64,000 nt of DNA from a phage. The translations under genes and the position numbers were made by a program. The notes under the pieces were generated by a model. It was not told the DNA's origin, searched no databases, and worked only from the letters and a program-made list of their open reading frames with translations. Positions 41,622 to 51,011 of the stretch are shown piece after piece (the stretch's first letter is position 1; each line of letters opens with the position of its first letter). Location of the stretch: the sequence record PZ386970.1. The stretch is one strand, 5' to 3'.

Positions 41622-42797
41622 TTAGAAATATTTTTTGTATGAATTGATTACATTTTGGTCTACATCATTATCAATTTGTGCGACAAGATAAGAACTGATT
41701 TCAACTTCCTGAGGAGCTGCTTGAACTAAATCAGAGTTCAGATATTCACGAATCCAAGGATATGGATGCTTGGTCGGAGCATCAGTGATTGGGCATGGCA
41801 AACCGCACTGTTTCATACGAGACACAGTCAAGTAATCAACAAAAGCACACATACTCTGCGTATTGATACCTGGACATGTACCGTCTTTAAAGAGGTGTGC
41901 AGCCCATTCCTTCTCTTGACTATTTACTTCCATAAAAATGTCAACTGCTTCTTGTTCGCATTCTTTAGCAATTTGAACCCACTCATCACCGTCGGTACCA
42001 GATTGAAGTTGACGGATAATGTACTGAGTACCCTTGAGATGGAGTTGTTCGTCACGAGCAATGAACTTCATAATCTTTGCATTGCCTTCCATAATTTCCA
42101 TATTTTTATGGAAGTTGAAAGTACATGCAAATGACACGTAAAAACGAATAGCTTCTAAGGCGTTGATAACATGCAAACAGAGATAAAGAGACTTCATTAA
42201 ATCACGCTTGGCGTTAAACATTATTTCTTCGTACATCTCAATATCATTCTGCTGGCATGAGCCTAGTGAATACTCATAATTTTCCTTAGCATTTTCCCAA
42301 TGGCGAGTCTTGACTAGAACATCATCGTAATATTTACCTATTGATTCAGCTCGTTTCATGATTGCTTCGTCTAATACAATTTCATCAAATACCTTAGATG
42401 GATCTGTATAAAGATTTCGCATAATATGAGTATACGAACGAGAGTGAATAGTTTCACTGAATGTCCATGTTGCAACCCACGTATCTAATGAAGGGTCAGA
42501 AATCAGTGCCATAAGTACCGCAGATGGGGCCCTGCCTTGGATAGAATCTAATAATGATTGATACTTAAGATTGTTTGTAAAGATGTCCTGTTGGAACTGA
42601 GGAAGCTTATTGAACTGCGCAGAGTCCAACATCAAGTTTACCTCTTCTGGGCGCCAGAAAAACGACAATTGCTTTTCAATAAGTTCTTCGAAAACTTTAT
42701 GACGCTGAATATCATACCGTGCAAGACCAAGACCAGAACCAAAGAACATCGGTTCATTCAAAACATCGACTTGTTGTGTGTTAAAAACTGTACTCAT
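41622..42797 (-). CDS. nrdB: Ribonucleotide reductase small subunit
   Basis: 391-aa uninterrupted ORF; di-iron/tyrosyl radical class Ia R2 features; T4 NrdB is 388 aa. Confidence 0.93.
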   Translation of the reverse strand: MSTVFNTQQVDVLNEPMFFGSGLGLARYDIQRHKVFEELIEKQLSFFWRPEEVNLMLDSAQFNKLPQFQQDIFTNNLKYQSLLDSIQGRAPSAVLMALISDPSLDTWVATWTFSETIHSRSYTHIMRNLYTDPSKVFDEIVLDEAIMKRAESIGKYYDDVLVKTRHWENAKENYEYSLGSCQQNDIEMYEEIMFNAKRDLMKSLYLCLHVINALEAIRFYVSFACTFNFHKNMEIMEGNAKIMKFIARDEQLHLKGTQYIIRQLQSGTDGDEWVQIAKECEQEAVDIFMEVNSQEKEWAAHLFKDGTCPGINTQSMCAFVDYLTVSRMKQCGLPCPITDAPTKHPYPWIREYLNSDLVQAAPQEVEISSYLVAQIDNDVDQNVINSYKKYF

Positions 42798-42852
42798 TAT
42801 ATTTTCTCACTTAGTTATTAACTCATCCATGAGTAAATTATAATCAAAAGTC

Positions 42853-45108
42853 TTAAAGCTTACAAGCAGAGCAATCTTCGGCTTTAGGTGTTTCTAATTC
42901 GTAGTCATCTGTACCTGACCCATCACGAGTGTTATGATAGTAGAGGTTTTTTCCGCCAAAGTACCAGAAGTAAAGCAGATCGTCAAGCATTACCGACATT
43001 GGCACTTTACCTTTCTCAAATACTGCAGGGTCATAGTAAGTATTAGCAGAAGCAGATTGGCACACCCATTTCAACATGATAGCAACTTGGGACAAATAAG
43101 GTTTATTACCTTTCTTAGCAAGTTTCCACGCGTAGTCGTAAAGACTCATGTTATGTTCGATATTAGGAACAACCTGTCGGAAGTTGCCTTCTTTAGATTC
43201 TTTAATACTTACAGGTCCACGAGGTGGTTCTATACCGTTTGTGCTATTTGAGACTTGACTGCTTGATTCGCACGGCATGAGTGCAGACAACGTTGAGTTA
43301 CGAATTCCGTGTTCTTTGAGTTCAGCTCGAAGTTCTTCCCAGTCACAGACGTAGTTCGGGGCTGCGATTTGGTCAATCTTTTTATTGTACCAGTCAATAG
43401 GTAATTCGCCTCTAGACCATTTAGTGTCTGAATAATACTCACAAGGTCCTTTTTCTTTGGCGAGTTTGATTGAAGCTTTGATAAGGCCATATTGTAATCT
43501 CTCGAACAATTCATGAGTCAAATCGTTAGCGTCTTCATATGAAGCAAAGTTAGAAGCTAACCATGCAGCATAGTTCGTAACACCAATACCAAGATTACGA
43601 CGCTTTTTAGCTTTTAAAGCTTCTGGGACCGGATAATCTTGATAGTCTAACAGGTTATCAAGTGCACGTACTTGTACTTCAGCAAGTTCATTAATTTTAT
43701 CTTGGTCTTGCCAATCAAATTTATCTAATACAAAAGCAGATAATGTGCATAAACCAATTTCAGCATCAGGACCATTCACATCATTAGTTGGAATAGCGAT
43801 TTCACAACATAAGTTACTCTGTCGAATTGGAGCTTTTTCACGAATAAATGGAGTGTAGTTATTCGTGTTATCAACAAACTGTGGATAAATTCGAGCAGTA
43901 CCAGAACGTTCAGTCATGAACAATTCAAAGAGTTCTAGTGCTTTGATTCTTTTCTTTCTGATTGTTGGGTCTTTTTCAGCTTTCTCATAAAGCTCACGGA
44001 ATTTATCTTGATCTTCAAAGAACGAGTAGTATAGTTCGCCTGACATTTCGTGAGGGCTAAATAAAGTAATATAATCATTTTTACCAAGGCGTTCCATCAT
44101 AAGGTTATTAATCTGAATTCCGTAGTCCATATGTCGAATACGGTTTTCATCCACGCCTTTGTTATTTTTCAGAACTAATAGGTTCTCTACTTCTAAGTGC
44201 CACATCGGATAATACGCTGTAGCAGCACCACCACGAATACCACCTTGAGAACAAGATTTTACTGCAGTTTGGAAATGTTTCCAGAATGGAATAACACCCG
44301 TATGTCGAACTTCACCCATACCGATCTTAGAACCTTCTGCACGAAGCATACCAACGTTGATACCAATACCAGCTCGTTTAGAAATATATTCAATAATTGA
44401 TGCTGAAGTTTTGTTAATAGATTTTAACGAATCACCGGCTTCAATAACTACACAACTAGAGAACTGGCGAGTTGGAGTACGAGCACCTGCCATAATTGGG
44501 GTTGGCAATGAAACTTGATGAGTAGAAACGGCATCATAAAAACGAATAATATGTTTCAAACGGTCATGGGTTTCGTCTTGGTGTAAGGCCATACCAATAG
44601 CCATGATAGCAAACTGAGGAGTTTCATAAATCTTCCCAGTTGTTTTATCTTTAACTAGATATTTTTCTTTAAGCTGCATAGCACCAGCATAAGTCAGGTC
44701 AAAGTCTCGTTCATGTTTAATCTGTGAATCGAGATAAATGATTTCTTCTGCTGAATATTGAGACAACAGCTCAGGGTCGTATTTGCCTTCATTAACACAG
44801 TAAGAAATATGGTCGATAAAAGCAGGTGGTTCAAACTGCCCATATACATCTTTACGAAGTGCAAACATTAGCCCTTTGGCGGCGACATACTGATAATCAG
44901 GTTCTTCGACAGAAATCGAGTTAGCTGCAACTTTAATACAAATCTTCTGGATATCTTTGGTGCTCATCCCATCAACCAGATGAGTCTTAATTTCTTCATA
45001 CAATTCGTATGGGTCGATTTGTGTTCCTTCACACTGCCAAGTTAAGACTTGAATAATTTTCTGTGCATCAAAATTTTGGGATACACCACTGCTCTTAGTT
45101 ACTTGCAT
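42853..45108 (-). CDS. nrdA: Ribonucleotide reductase large subunit
   Basis: 751-aa ORF (T4 NrdA 754 aa); class Ia R1 catalytic motifs; C-terminal CSACKL. Confidence 0.95.
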   Translation of the reverse strand: MQVTKSSGVSQNFDAQKIIQVLTWQCEGTQIDPYELYEEIKTHLVDGMSTKDIQKICIKVAANSISVEEPDYQYVAAKGLMFALRKDVYGQFEPPAFIDHISYCVNEGKYDPELLSQYSAEEIIYLDSQIKHERDFDLTYAGAMQLKEKYLVKDKTTGKIYETPQFAIMAIGMALHQDETHDRLKHIIRFYDAVSTHQVSLPTPIMAGARTPTRQFSSCVVIEAGDSLKSINKTSASIIEYISKRAGIGINVGMLRAEGSKIGMGEVRHTGVIPFWKHFQTAVKSCSQGGIRGGAATAYYPMWHLEVENLLVLKNNKGVDENRIRHMDYGIQINNLMMERLGKNDYITLFSPHEMSGELYYSFFEDQDKFRELYEKAEKDPTIRKKRIKALELFELFMTERSGTARIYPQFVDNTNNYTPFIREKAPIRQSNLCCEIAIPTNDVNGPDAEIGLCTLSAFVLDKFDWQDQDKINELAEVQVRALDNLLDYQDYPVPEALKAKKRRNLGIGVTNYAAWLASNFASYEDANDLTHELFERLQYGLIKASIKLAKEKGPCEYYSDTKWSRGELPIDWYNKKIDQIAAPNYVCDWEELRAELKEHGIRNSTLSALMPCESSSQVSNSTNGIEPPRGPVSIKESKEGNFRQVVPNIEHNMSLYDYAWKLAKKGNKPYLSQVAIMLKWVCQSASANTYYDPAVFEKGKVPMSVMLDDLLYFWYFGGKNLYYHNTRDGSGTDDYELETPKAEDCSACKL

Positions 45109-45195
45109 ATATTCCTCAGTATAGGTTGATAGACATTACTCCAAACGGGATAGTATTTATCCCGTTAATTTATTATACACTTTTAAACTGAAGCG

Positions 45196-45450
45196 TTAAT
45201 TATCCTCAGCAATAATTTCTTCATATTCTTTAGGAGTCAAGACTGTAATATCGAAATAAACCAGAGGCTCTTTTTCCATACCGAATCCACCACAGAATTC
45301 ACGATATTCATAAATTCGTTCATGTGAATGGCAAATGAATCGTTCACCTTTAACTGTGATTTCACTATTCGGTGAAGGGATATCTAGTTCGGTAGGATTT
45401 TTCATTTCAAAAATTGTGGTGCCATATGAATTAATAAAACGTAAAATCAT
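45196..45450 (-). CDS. Hypothetical protein between td and nrdA
   Basis: Start moved to ATG adjacent to the td stop (MILRFINSYG...); about 84 aa. Confidence 0.45.
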   Translation of the reverse strand: MILRFINSYGTTIFEMKNPTELDIPSPNSEITVKGERFICHSHERIYEYREFCGGFGMEKEPLVYFDITVLTPKEYEEIIAEDN

Positions 45451-45451
45451 T

Positions 45452-46312
45452 TTATACCGCCATTTTAGCTTTGATAGCTGGATGTGATTCGTAATTTTTA
45501 AGAATGAAATCACTCAGATTCATATGCTCTGTTACCCAATGAAGCTGTAATGTCGTGCTCCAATCAGAGAATCCTTCAGGCCAATCAATTTTAAGTTCAC
45601 ACAGTTCTTTAGGCTCACGACGTAAAACTTCTTTGCATTGCTCTACGTGGTTGCTGTAGATATGCGTATTGCCGCCTGAGAACACTAAATCACCCGGGAT
45701 AAGATTACACATCTTAGCCACAATATGCGTCAAGGCGGCGTACGAGGCAATGTTGAATGGCAAGCCCAAGAAAACATCAACACTTCTCTGGTACCATTGT
45801 AAATCAAGATGTCCATTACGCACATTGAACTGATAGAACATGTGGCAAGGAGGAAGAGCCATTTGATTTATTTCGGCCGGATTCCAGGCAGAAACAATTT
45901 GACGACGATCAGTTGGTAATTTTTTAATACGGTCGATTGTTTCAACTAATTGGTCCACACCACCGAAATCACGCCATTGTTTACCATATATAGGACCAAG
46001 TTCACCACTATGATAACCAAGGTCTTTTGCCTGATTTTCGTAATTATCGTCCCAAATAGTTTTACCTTCAATTAGGCTACCATGAGTACGAAGTCGTAAT
46101 TCATTAACATTAGTAGAACCAGACATGAACCACAGTAACTCGGCAATACAAGCTTTCCATGCTAATTTCTTAGTTGTTACTGCAGGGAATCCTTTAGTCA
46201 GGTCCCAACGTAATTTAGTTCCGAACAGGGCAATAGTGCCGGTACCTGTACGGTCGTCTGTTTCATAGCCATTTTCTAAGATATCTTTAATCAAATCTTG
46301 ATATTGTTTCAT
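45452..46312 (-). CDS. td: Thymidylate synthase
   Basis: 286-aa uninterrupted ORF; near-identical to T4 Td over most of its length (MKQYQDLIKDI...ALPPCHMFYQFNV...). Confidence 0.95.
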   Translation of the reverse strand: MKQYQDLIKDILENGYETDDRTGTGTIALFGTKLRWDLTKGFPAVTTKKLAWKACIAELLWFMSGSTNVNELRLRTHGSLIEGKTIWDDNYENQAKDLGYHSGELGPIYGKQWRDFGGVDQLVETIDRIKKLPTDRRQIVSAWNPAEINQMALPPCHMFYQFNVRNGHLDLQWYQRSVDVFLGLPFNIASYAALTHIVAKMCNLIPGDLVFSGGNTHIYSNHVEQCKEVLRREPKELCELKIDWPEGFSDWSTTLQLHWVTEHMNLSDFILKNYESHPAIKAKMAV

Positions 46313-46896
46313 TTATACACGCTCTCAGTAATTTCGGTGAGTTCATCGATTCTGTAGTAATGAGATTCTACCATAGAACGTTGAAGCATAATATCTTGGA
46401 CGAAATCTTTATCAAGTTGAACATCGGAATTAACCCGACATTTCTTAATGATTTTAGTCATCACGATTTCATCGGCATAAGGCAGTGCTTGTTTCAGTAA
46501 AGCAGGGCCACCGATAACAGATACATCAACATGTTCAGTAGAAAGTTTAAACGGTGCATCGGATGCAGGGCTAAACAGATTAATTTCACTACCCATTACC
46601 AAGGTAATAAATTCTGCTTGAGTGATATAGAAATGCGCAAGTTTGTTGGTTTTATTCCTAGGCAGTTTTCTGGCCATATCAGTGACAACCACATGAGTAC
46701 GATCCGGGAGTAGACGAGGTAATGATGCAAATGTCTTAGCACCCATAACCATTACGGTGTTTTTAGTACGAGCAACAAAGTTACTCATATCTTGTTTGAT
46801 ATGCTTCCATGGCAGCCCATCACCTAATCCAAAAGCATATTCCAGTTTATCATCAACGGCTTTAGACGGTGCGCATGCGAACACTAATTTAAGCAT
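46309..46896 (-). CDS. frd: Dihydrofolate reductase
   Basis: 195-aa ORF; matches T4 Frd (193 aa) from memory (AFGLGDGLPW, VIGGPALL, ...LTESVYK). Confidence 0.88.
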   Translation of the reverse strand: MLKLVFACAPSKAVDDKLEYAFGLGDGLPWKHIKQDMSNFVARTKNTVMVMGAKTFASLPRLLPDRTHVVVTDMARKLPRNKTNKLAHFYITQAEFITLVMGSEINLFSPASDAPFKLSTEHVDVSVIGGPALLKQALPYADEIVMTKIIKKCRVNSDVQLDKDFVQDIMLQRSMVESHYYRIDELTEITESVYK

Positions 46897-46898
46897 TT

Positions 46899-47147
46899 TT
46901 ATTTCCTCAGATTTTTCTTAACAACTTTCCAATCGGCTTTAAACGATTCAACATCAGAGTGGTGAATCCAGAATCCTGCGCTTTCACCATCTTCGTAGAG
47001 TGGACATCTGTCACATTCTTCGTTCCAACCCATTTCGCGTAAAGCTTCTTCAGCTTGTTCAAGGAGTTCGGCGTCTTTACCAATGATGTTGAAGTACCAT
47101 TTACCTCTAACTTCAGAATCTTTGATGCTCTGGCGTTGCAATCTCAT
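46899..47147 (-). CDS. Hypothetical protein (frd.1 position)
   Basis: 82-aa ORF. Confidence 0.5.
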   Translation of the reverse strand: MRLQRQSIKDSEVRGKWYFNIIGKDAELLEQAEEALREMGWNEECDRCPLYEDGESAGFWIHHSDVESFKADWKVVKKNLRK

Positions 47148-47210
47148 TTTATTCTCCTCTTCACTTTTATTTGATAGGGCTATTATAACATAACCCTATC
47201 CGATTGTATA

Positions 47211-47615
47211 CTACTTTTTAAAAGTTTTTTGCAAAAGTTTGATGATTTCGTCGACGTTGGTTTCATCTACGATACAATGGATTTTTGTTACACCTAAAGT
47301 TATACCTTCGTTAGTAGGTTGAGGCTTTACTAAATCTACCTCAGTAAAGTACTCAATAAAGTATTTAAACTCGTCAGGATAAATCTCAAAATAAGTTTCA
47401 ATTTCACCACCGGCAGAACATACAGTACCATCTTCCATAGTTACACTTACTACGTTTGACGTATCGCTATCATAATCAGGTTCCATTCCGTTTACAACAA
47501 AACTAGGCCCGTGGAGTTCAATCAGTTTTAACATCTTAGCGTTATTATGTGGTGCTTCTTGAACAAAGTCGTCTTTAAATAAAGGGTTAATGATATAAGA
47601 TTTTCCGATTTCCAT
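47211..47615 (-). CDS. Hypothetical protein (frd.2 position)
   Basis: 134-aa ORF with early promoter motif upstream (47645-47673). Confidence 0.5.
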   Translation of the reverse strand: MEIGKSYIINPLFKDDFVQEAPHNNAKMLKLIELHGPSFVVNGMEPDYDSDTSNVVSVTMEDGTVCSAGGEIETYFEIYPDEFKYFIEYFTEVDLVKPQPTNEGITLGVTKIHCIVDETNVDEIIKLLQKTFKK

Positions 47616-47644
47616 TTTGATTTCCTCATGTTGTTGATATGTCT

Positions 47645-47673
47645 ATACTAATACATCCAGGGAAGAAGTAAAC
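47645..47673 (-). promoter_or_regulatory. Early promoter motif (GTTTAC-N17-TAGTAT)
   Basis: Minus-strand GTTTACTTCTTCCCTGGATGTATTAGTATAGACATATC directly after the gene 32 terminator. Confidence 0.5.
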
Positions 47674-47702
47674 AACTTTTTCGGCAATTTACAGATACTC
47701 AA

Positions 47703-47724
47703 AAGGGAGACCGAAGTCTCCCAA
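47703..47724 (-). terminator. Terminator after gene 32
   Basis: GGGAGAC-CGAA-GTCTCCC hairpin followed on the - strand by TTTTGAG; next early promoter motif 30 bp downstream. Confidence 0.7.
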
Positions 47725-47728
47725 TTTA

Positions 47729-48631
47729 TTATAGACCGGCTAACAGGTCATCGAGGTCACCATCATCAGAGGATGAGGTAGAGCTCATGAAGTCATCTTC
47801 AGTTTTTGCAGAACTAAAGGCTTCCATGTCTTTATCAAAATCGTCAAGGTCAGAAGCAACTTTATCTGCAACAGAAGCTGCTGCGGCTGCTGCACCACCA
47901 AGAGCGGCAGTACCAAGAACCTTAGCGAAAGATTCATTTAATTTTTCAAAAGATTTGAACTGGTCTTTAGCCGTCAAAGTAGTAAGGTCTACCATCTGGT
48001 CATATAGTTCTTTCTGGAATGCTTCGTCATTAATACGAGGAATTTCAGATTGACCCAAGAATTTAGATTCGTCATAGTTGCTAAAACCGGAAACCTGCTT
48101 AGCTTTCAGAACGAAGTTGGCACCTTCAAACGGACAAGTAACATCAACTGGAGTTTCACCCATTTCGGTATCAACTGCAATCATTGCATTGATTTTGTCC
48201 CAAATCTTTTTACCGAAACGATATTTAAATACTTTACCTTCGTTATCTGGAGCTTGAGGGTCTTTAACAACCAGAATATTAGCCCAATAAGAAGTTTTAC
48301 GTTTCAGTTGAGAATATTCAGTTTTGTTGGTATTGTACAGGTCATTTTTACTAATGTACTGACATACAGGACAAGAGTCGTAATCACCATGTGTAGAAGA
48401 GCAATTTTCAATATACCATTTACCATTTTTCTTGAAACCGTGGTTAACAAGAATTGCAAATGGTAGTGCGTCATCAGTTTTTGCTGGCAAGAAACGAATT
48501 ACCGCTTGACCATTACCTGATGCATCTAGCTTCAGCTTCCATTCGCCTTTATCTTCTGAAGAAAAACCTTTGTTACCGTTCAGTTTAGCCATTTGAGCAG
48601 CGAGGTCAGCAGTAGATTTACGTTTAAACAT
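47729..48631 (-). CDS. 32: Single-stranded DNA-binding protein gp32
   Basis: 300-aa ORF; near-identical to T4 gp32 from memory, including zinc ligands [14 protein letters not shown] and acidic C-terminus. Confidence 0.96.
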   Translation of the reverse strand: MFKRKSTADLAAQMAKLNGNKGFSSEDKGEWKLKLDASGNGQAVIRFLPAKTDDALPFAILVNHGFKKNGKWYIENCSSTHGDYDSCPVCQYISKNDLYNTNKTEYSQLKRKTSYWANILVVKDPQAPDNEGKVFKYRFGKKIWDKINAMIAVDTEMGETPVDVTCPFEGANFVLKAKQVSGFSNYDESKFLGQSEIPRINDEAFQKELYDQMVDLTTLTAKDQFKSFEKLNESFAKVLGTAALGGAAAAAASVADKVASDLDDFDKDMEAFSSAKTEDDFMSSTSSSDDGDLDDLLAGL

Positions 48632-48676
48632 TATATTTACCTTTATTTAGATTATTTAATTTATTTACAGTTGGTT

Positions 48677-48700
48677 GCTACGACACTTATACCTCGTAGC
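48677..48700 (-). promoter_or_regulatory. Hairpin in the gene 32 5' leader (candidate translational operator element)
   Basis: GCTACGA-N10-TCGTAGC inverted repeat between the late promoter and the gene 32 start, followed by an A/U-rich unstructured stretch. Confidence 0.45.
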
Positions 48701-48710
48701 TGGTATGATT

Positions 48711-48718
48711 TATTTATA
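48711..48718 (-). promoter_or_regulatory. Late promoter TATAAATA (gene 32)
   Basis: Exact TATAAATA on the - strand about 80 bp upstream of the gene 32 ATG, ahead of a leader hairpin. Confidence 0.5.
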
Positions 48719-48747
48719 AAGTAATTTTAACACACAAGAAATAAAGC

Positions 48748-49401
48748 TTAATACTTACATGATTTGATTGTTTCTATGAACAATTTCTTAGCAGCATTTC
48801 CATCGATTTGGAGTATTTTTCGATATGCCTTTAATTTGGTAGAATAATTTTGCCAGACTAAATTGTCAGTAAGTTCGTCGTGTTTATCTATAATATTCAA
48901 GAATGAATCCAACAACAAGAAGGTTTCAAACGAAATTATATTGCTTTGTAGCAATTTAAATATGTAGCTCGACTGAACTTTATTATTATAATCAAATATC
49001 TCTTGAAGCGCACTAACTTCCACTTTCTTACTGAAATAGTAGATGTTACGTACATCTTCAGCAAACGTCTCCTTGGCTTGTTTGAGACGTCCAATATATT
49101 CCCTATAGAAAACTAATGCATCAGCGTCTGATATCTCACCAATCCATGCATCTTGGTTAGCAACTAAGTTACTGATGAATATCAAGGTGAGTTCCTTTAA
49201 CTTATATTTCTCTGCTAGTTTCTCAAAGAAATATTTATCTCGGCGTTTTTGATACGCATTATCCGAAACACGCATGCACCAGTTATATTTGATTACGTCA
49301 TACCGACCATTAAAATGTTGTTTGCACATCAAGTATAGTTTGTATACCGATTTTCCGTTAATATAACGTTCTCCATCAGGAGGCATGCGTATTTTAATCA
49401 T
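48748..49401 (-). CDS. 59: Helicase loader gp59
   Basis: 217-aa ORF; near-identical to T4 gp59 (217 aa) from memory. Confidence 0.9.
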   Translation of the reverse strand: MIKIRMPPDGERYINGKSVYKLYLMCKQHFNGRYDVIKYNWCMRVSDNAYQKRRDKYFFEKLAEKYKLKELTLIFISNLVANQDAWIGEISDADALVFYREYIGRLKQAKETFAEDVRNIYYFSKKVEVSALQEIFDYNNKVQSSYIFKLLQSNIISFETFLLLDSFLNIIDKHDELTDNLVWQNYSTKLKAYRKILQIDGNAAKKLFIETIKSCKY

Positions 49402-49736
49402 AATAAGAAATCTAACGTATTAGTTTTTTCACCACGAGCAACTGATGGGCGAAGCATGTTTTCGTCAATTGCTTCGCTTGTAATTTTTTCAACAATTCCT
49501 GTAGGAATAAATTTAGCAAATTGTGTTTCTGGAATAGAATTTTCTTCCAAGAAAGCAGTTGTTGCTTCTAAATAAGACATACCAAATTGTTCAACCATAG
49601 ATTCGATAATGAATCCATTTTCTTGGCGGTCAAGCAATTTAGCGATATCATCTTTATCGTGTTTTACTGCTAATTCTTGTTCAGATAAACCGGCCTCATC
49701 AACCGGTTTAATATCACTTAGTGAAAACTGTGTCAT
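49398..49736 (-). CDS. 33: Late transcription co-activator gp33
   Basis: 112-aa ORF (T4 gp33 112 aa); synteny 59-33-dsbA-rnh. Confidence 0.8.
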   Translation of the reverse strand: MTQFSLSDIKPVDEAGLSEQELAVKHDKDDIAKLLDRQENGFIIESMVEQFGMSYLEATTAFLEENSIPETQFAKFIPTGIVEKITSEAIDENMLRPSVARGEKTNTLDFLL

Positions 49737-49983
49737 AAAGCTCGACTACCTCTTCGTTTTCAGCTTCAAATTGGTCACGAGCATCTTTATGATAAAGAGC
49801 TAACAAACGATTAAACATTTTTCCATCGACACCAAGCTCTTCTTTAGCACGAGTACGAATGTCTTTAATCAGTTCATTATAACCAGAAATTTTAAGTTTG
49901 TTATCGGAAGCTTCCTTGACTAGTTTAGCAAGTTCTTCACCATGCACATCTTGATTAAATTCAACTGCTTCTTTCTTAGCCAT
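49714..49983 (-). CDS. dsbA: Double-stranded DNA-binding protein DsbA
   Basis: Start at internal Met (MAKKEAVEF...) gives 89 aa like T4 DsbA; track ORF is 6 codons longer. Confidence 0.7.
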   Translation of the reverse strand: MAKKEAVEFNQDVHGEELAKLVKEASDNKLKISGYNELIKDIRTRAKEELGVDGKMFNRLLALYHKDARDQFEAENEEVVELYDTVFTK

Positions 49984-49990
49984 GTTTACC

Positions 49991-50908
49991 TCAGAATTCA
50001 TTAATTACACTTGTTAATTTAGAAAGACCAGATTTTACAAAGTATGAATAAATCTTGCCTTTAGGTTGTTGTTTATATGAGTTATAATACTCTATAATGG
50101 TTGAAGCAATATTATCAGGGATATAATCAAAATCAATGAGAACCAAATTTTCTTGGTATCGTTTATATTCTTCAGCACTTAATAATACTTCAGCTTGAGA
50201 ACGGTCATTAGCAATTGCTTCAATAATCGTTGTTTTCATGCTCGGAGTTCGTTCACCTTCAACTCGAGTAAACCAGAAGTCACCACGAACTCGAACAGAT
50301 GCAACACCATCCTTACGGTCGCCTTTAAGAATTTTAGTCATGCAATCAATTTCAGCAGAACCGTTCTTAATTTTAACCCATTTTTTCTGTGGTGGCGACC
50401 ACTGTTTAACGTTAGGATATTTGTGTAATTGTGTAAAGTCACCATCTGATGCAACAATACATACCTTATGACCGGCTAATGACAAATATTTAGTTAATAC
50501 ACCGATATGGTCATCCGCTTCATACTTGTCAATATCCATTACAACGTATGGCATGTATTTCTTAATCTCATCAACAACTTGATGGAGTGCAGTAAAATAT
50601 CCTTCCCAATCCCACTTTGAAGCTTCACGATCGGTTTTACGATTTTTCTTGTAATAGTAAGCAAAGTCGCGTCGCCAATAACCTGAAGTAGCATTATCCA
50701 TACACAATACAAATTTTGTATAACCTTGCTTACGGAACATCACTACGTTTTTACGAATTGAATTCAAGATTACATGGCGAACCATTGGAACAGTAATTTT
50801 ATCACCGTCTTCAAAGTTGTTTAATGCGGCAGCCAATGCAATGTTACTAAAGTCAGCAAGTGCAATACCTTCTTTGTAATCTTCATCCAACATCATTTCT
50901 AAATCCAT
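49991..50908 (-). CDS. rnh: RNase H / 5'-3' flap exonuclease
   Basis: 305-aa ORF (T4 RNase H 305 aa); FEN-family acidic residues. Confidence 0.9.
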   Translation of the reverse strand: MDLEMMLDEDYKEGIALADFSNIALAAALNNFEDGDKITVPMVRHVILNSIRKNVVMFRKQGYTKFVLCMDNATSGYWRRDFAYYYKKNRKTDREASKWDWEGYFTALHQVVDEIKKYMPYVVMDIDKYEADDHIGVLTKYLSLAGHKVCIVASDGDFTQLHKYPNVKQWSPPQKKWVKIKNGSAEIDCMTKILKGDRKDGVASVRVRGDFWFTRVEGERTPSMKTTIIEAIANDRSQAEVLLSAEEYKRYQENLVLIDFDYIPDNIASTIIEYYNSYKQQPKGKIYSYFVKSGLSKLTSVINEF

Positions 50909-50973
50909 ATGAACCTCTTGTTCAGTTAGTCAACTTGTCTATAGTAACATACTCATTTGAAAGCGTAAACTGG

Positions 50974-50981
50974 TATAAATA
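50974..50981 (+). promoter_or_regulatory. Late promoter TATAAATA (gene 34)
   Basis: Exact TATAAATA about 30 bp upstream of the gene 34 ATG. Confidence 0.6.
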
Positions 50982-51011
50982 AGTATTATTGAAACAATAA
51001 AGGAAAAACGA

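Noticed and set aside
42800-42870. Possible promoter upstream of nrdB (TATAAT on the - strand)
   Set aside because: The -35 region is poor and no MotA box sits at the correct spacing; it cannot be distinguished from AT-rich background.
42934-43251. 105-aa + strand ORF opposite nrdA
   Set aside because: Antisense shadow ORF within the ribonucleotide reductase large subunit.
41622-46312. Group I introns or homing endonuclease ORFs in nrdB and td
   Set aside because: Both genes are single continuous ORFs of the expected full length; no intervening ORF or intron-like interruption is present.
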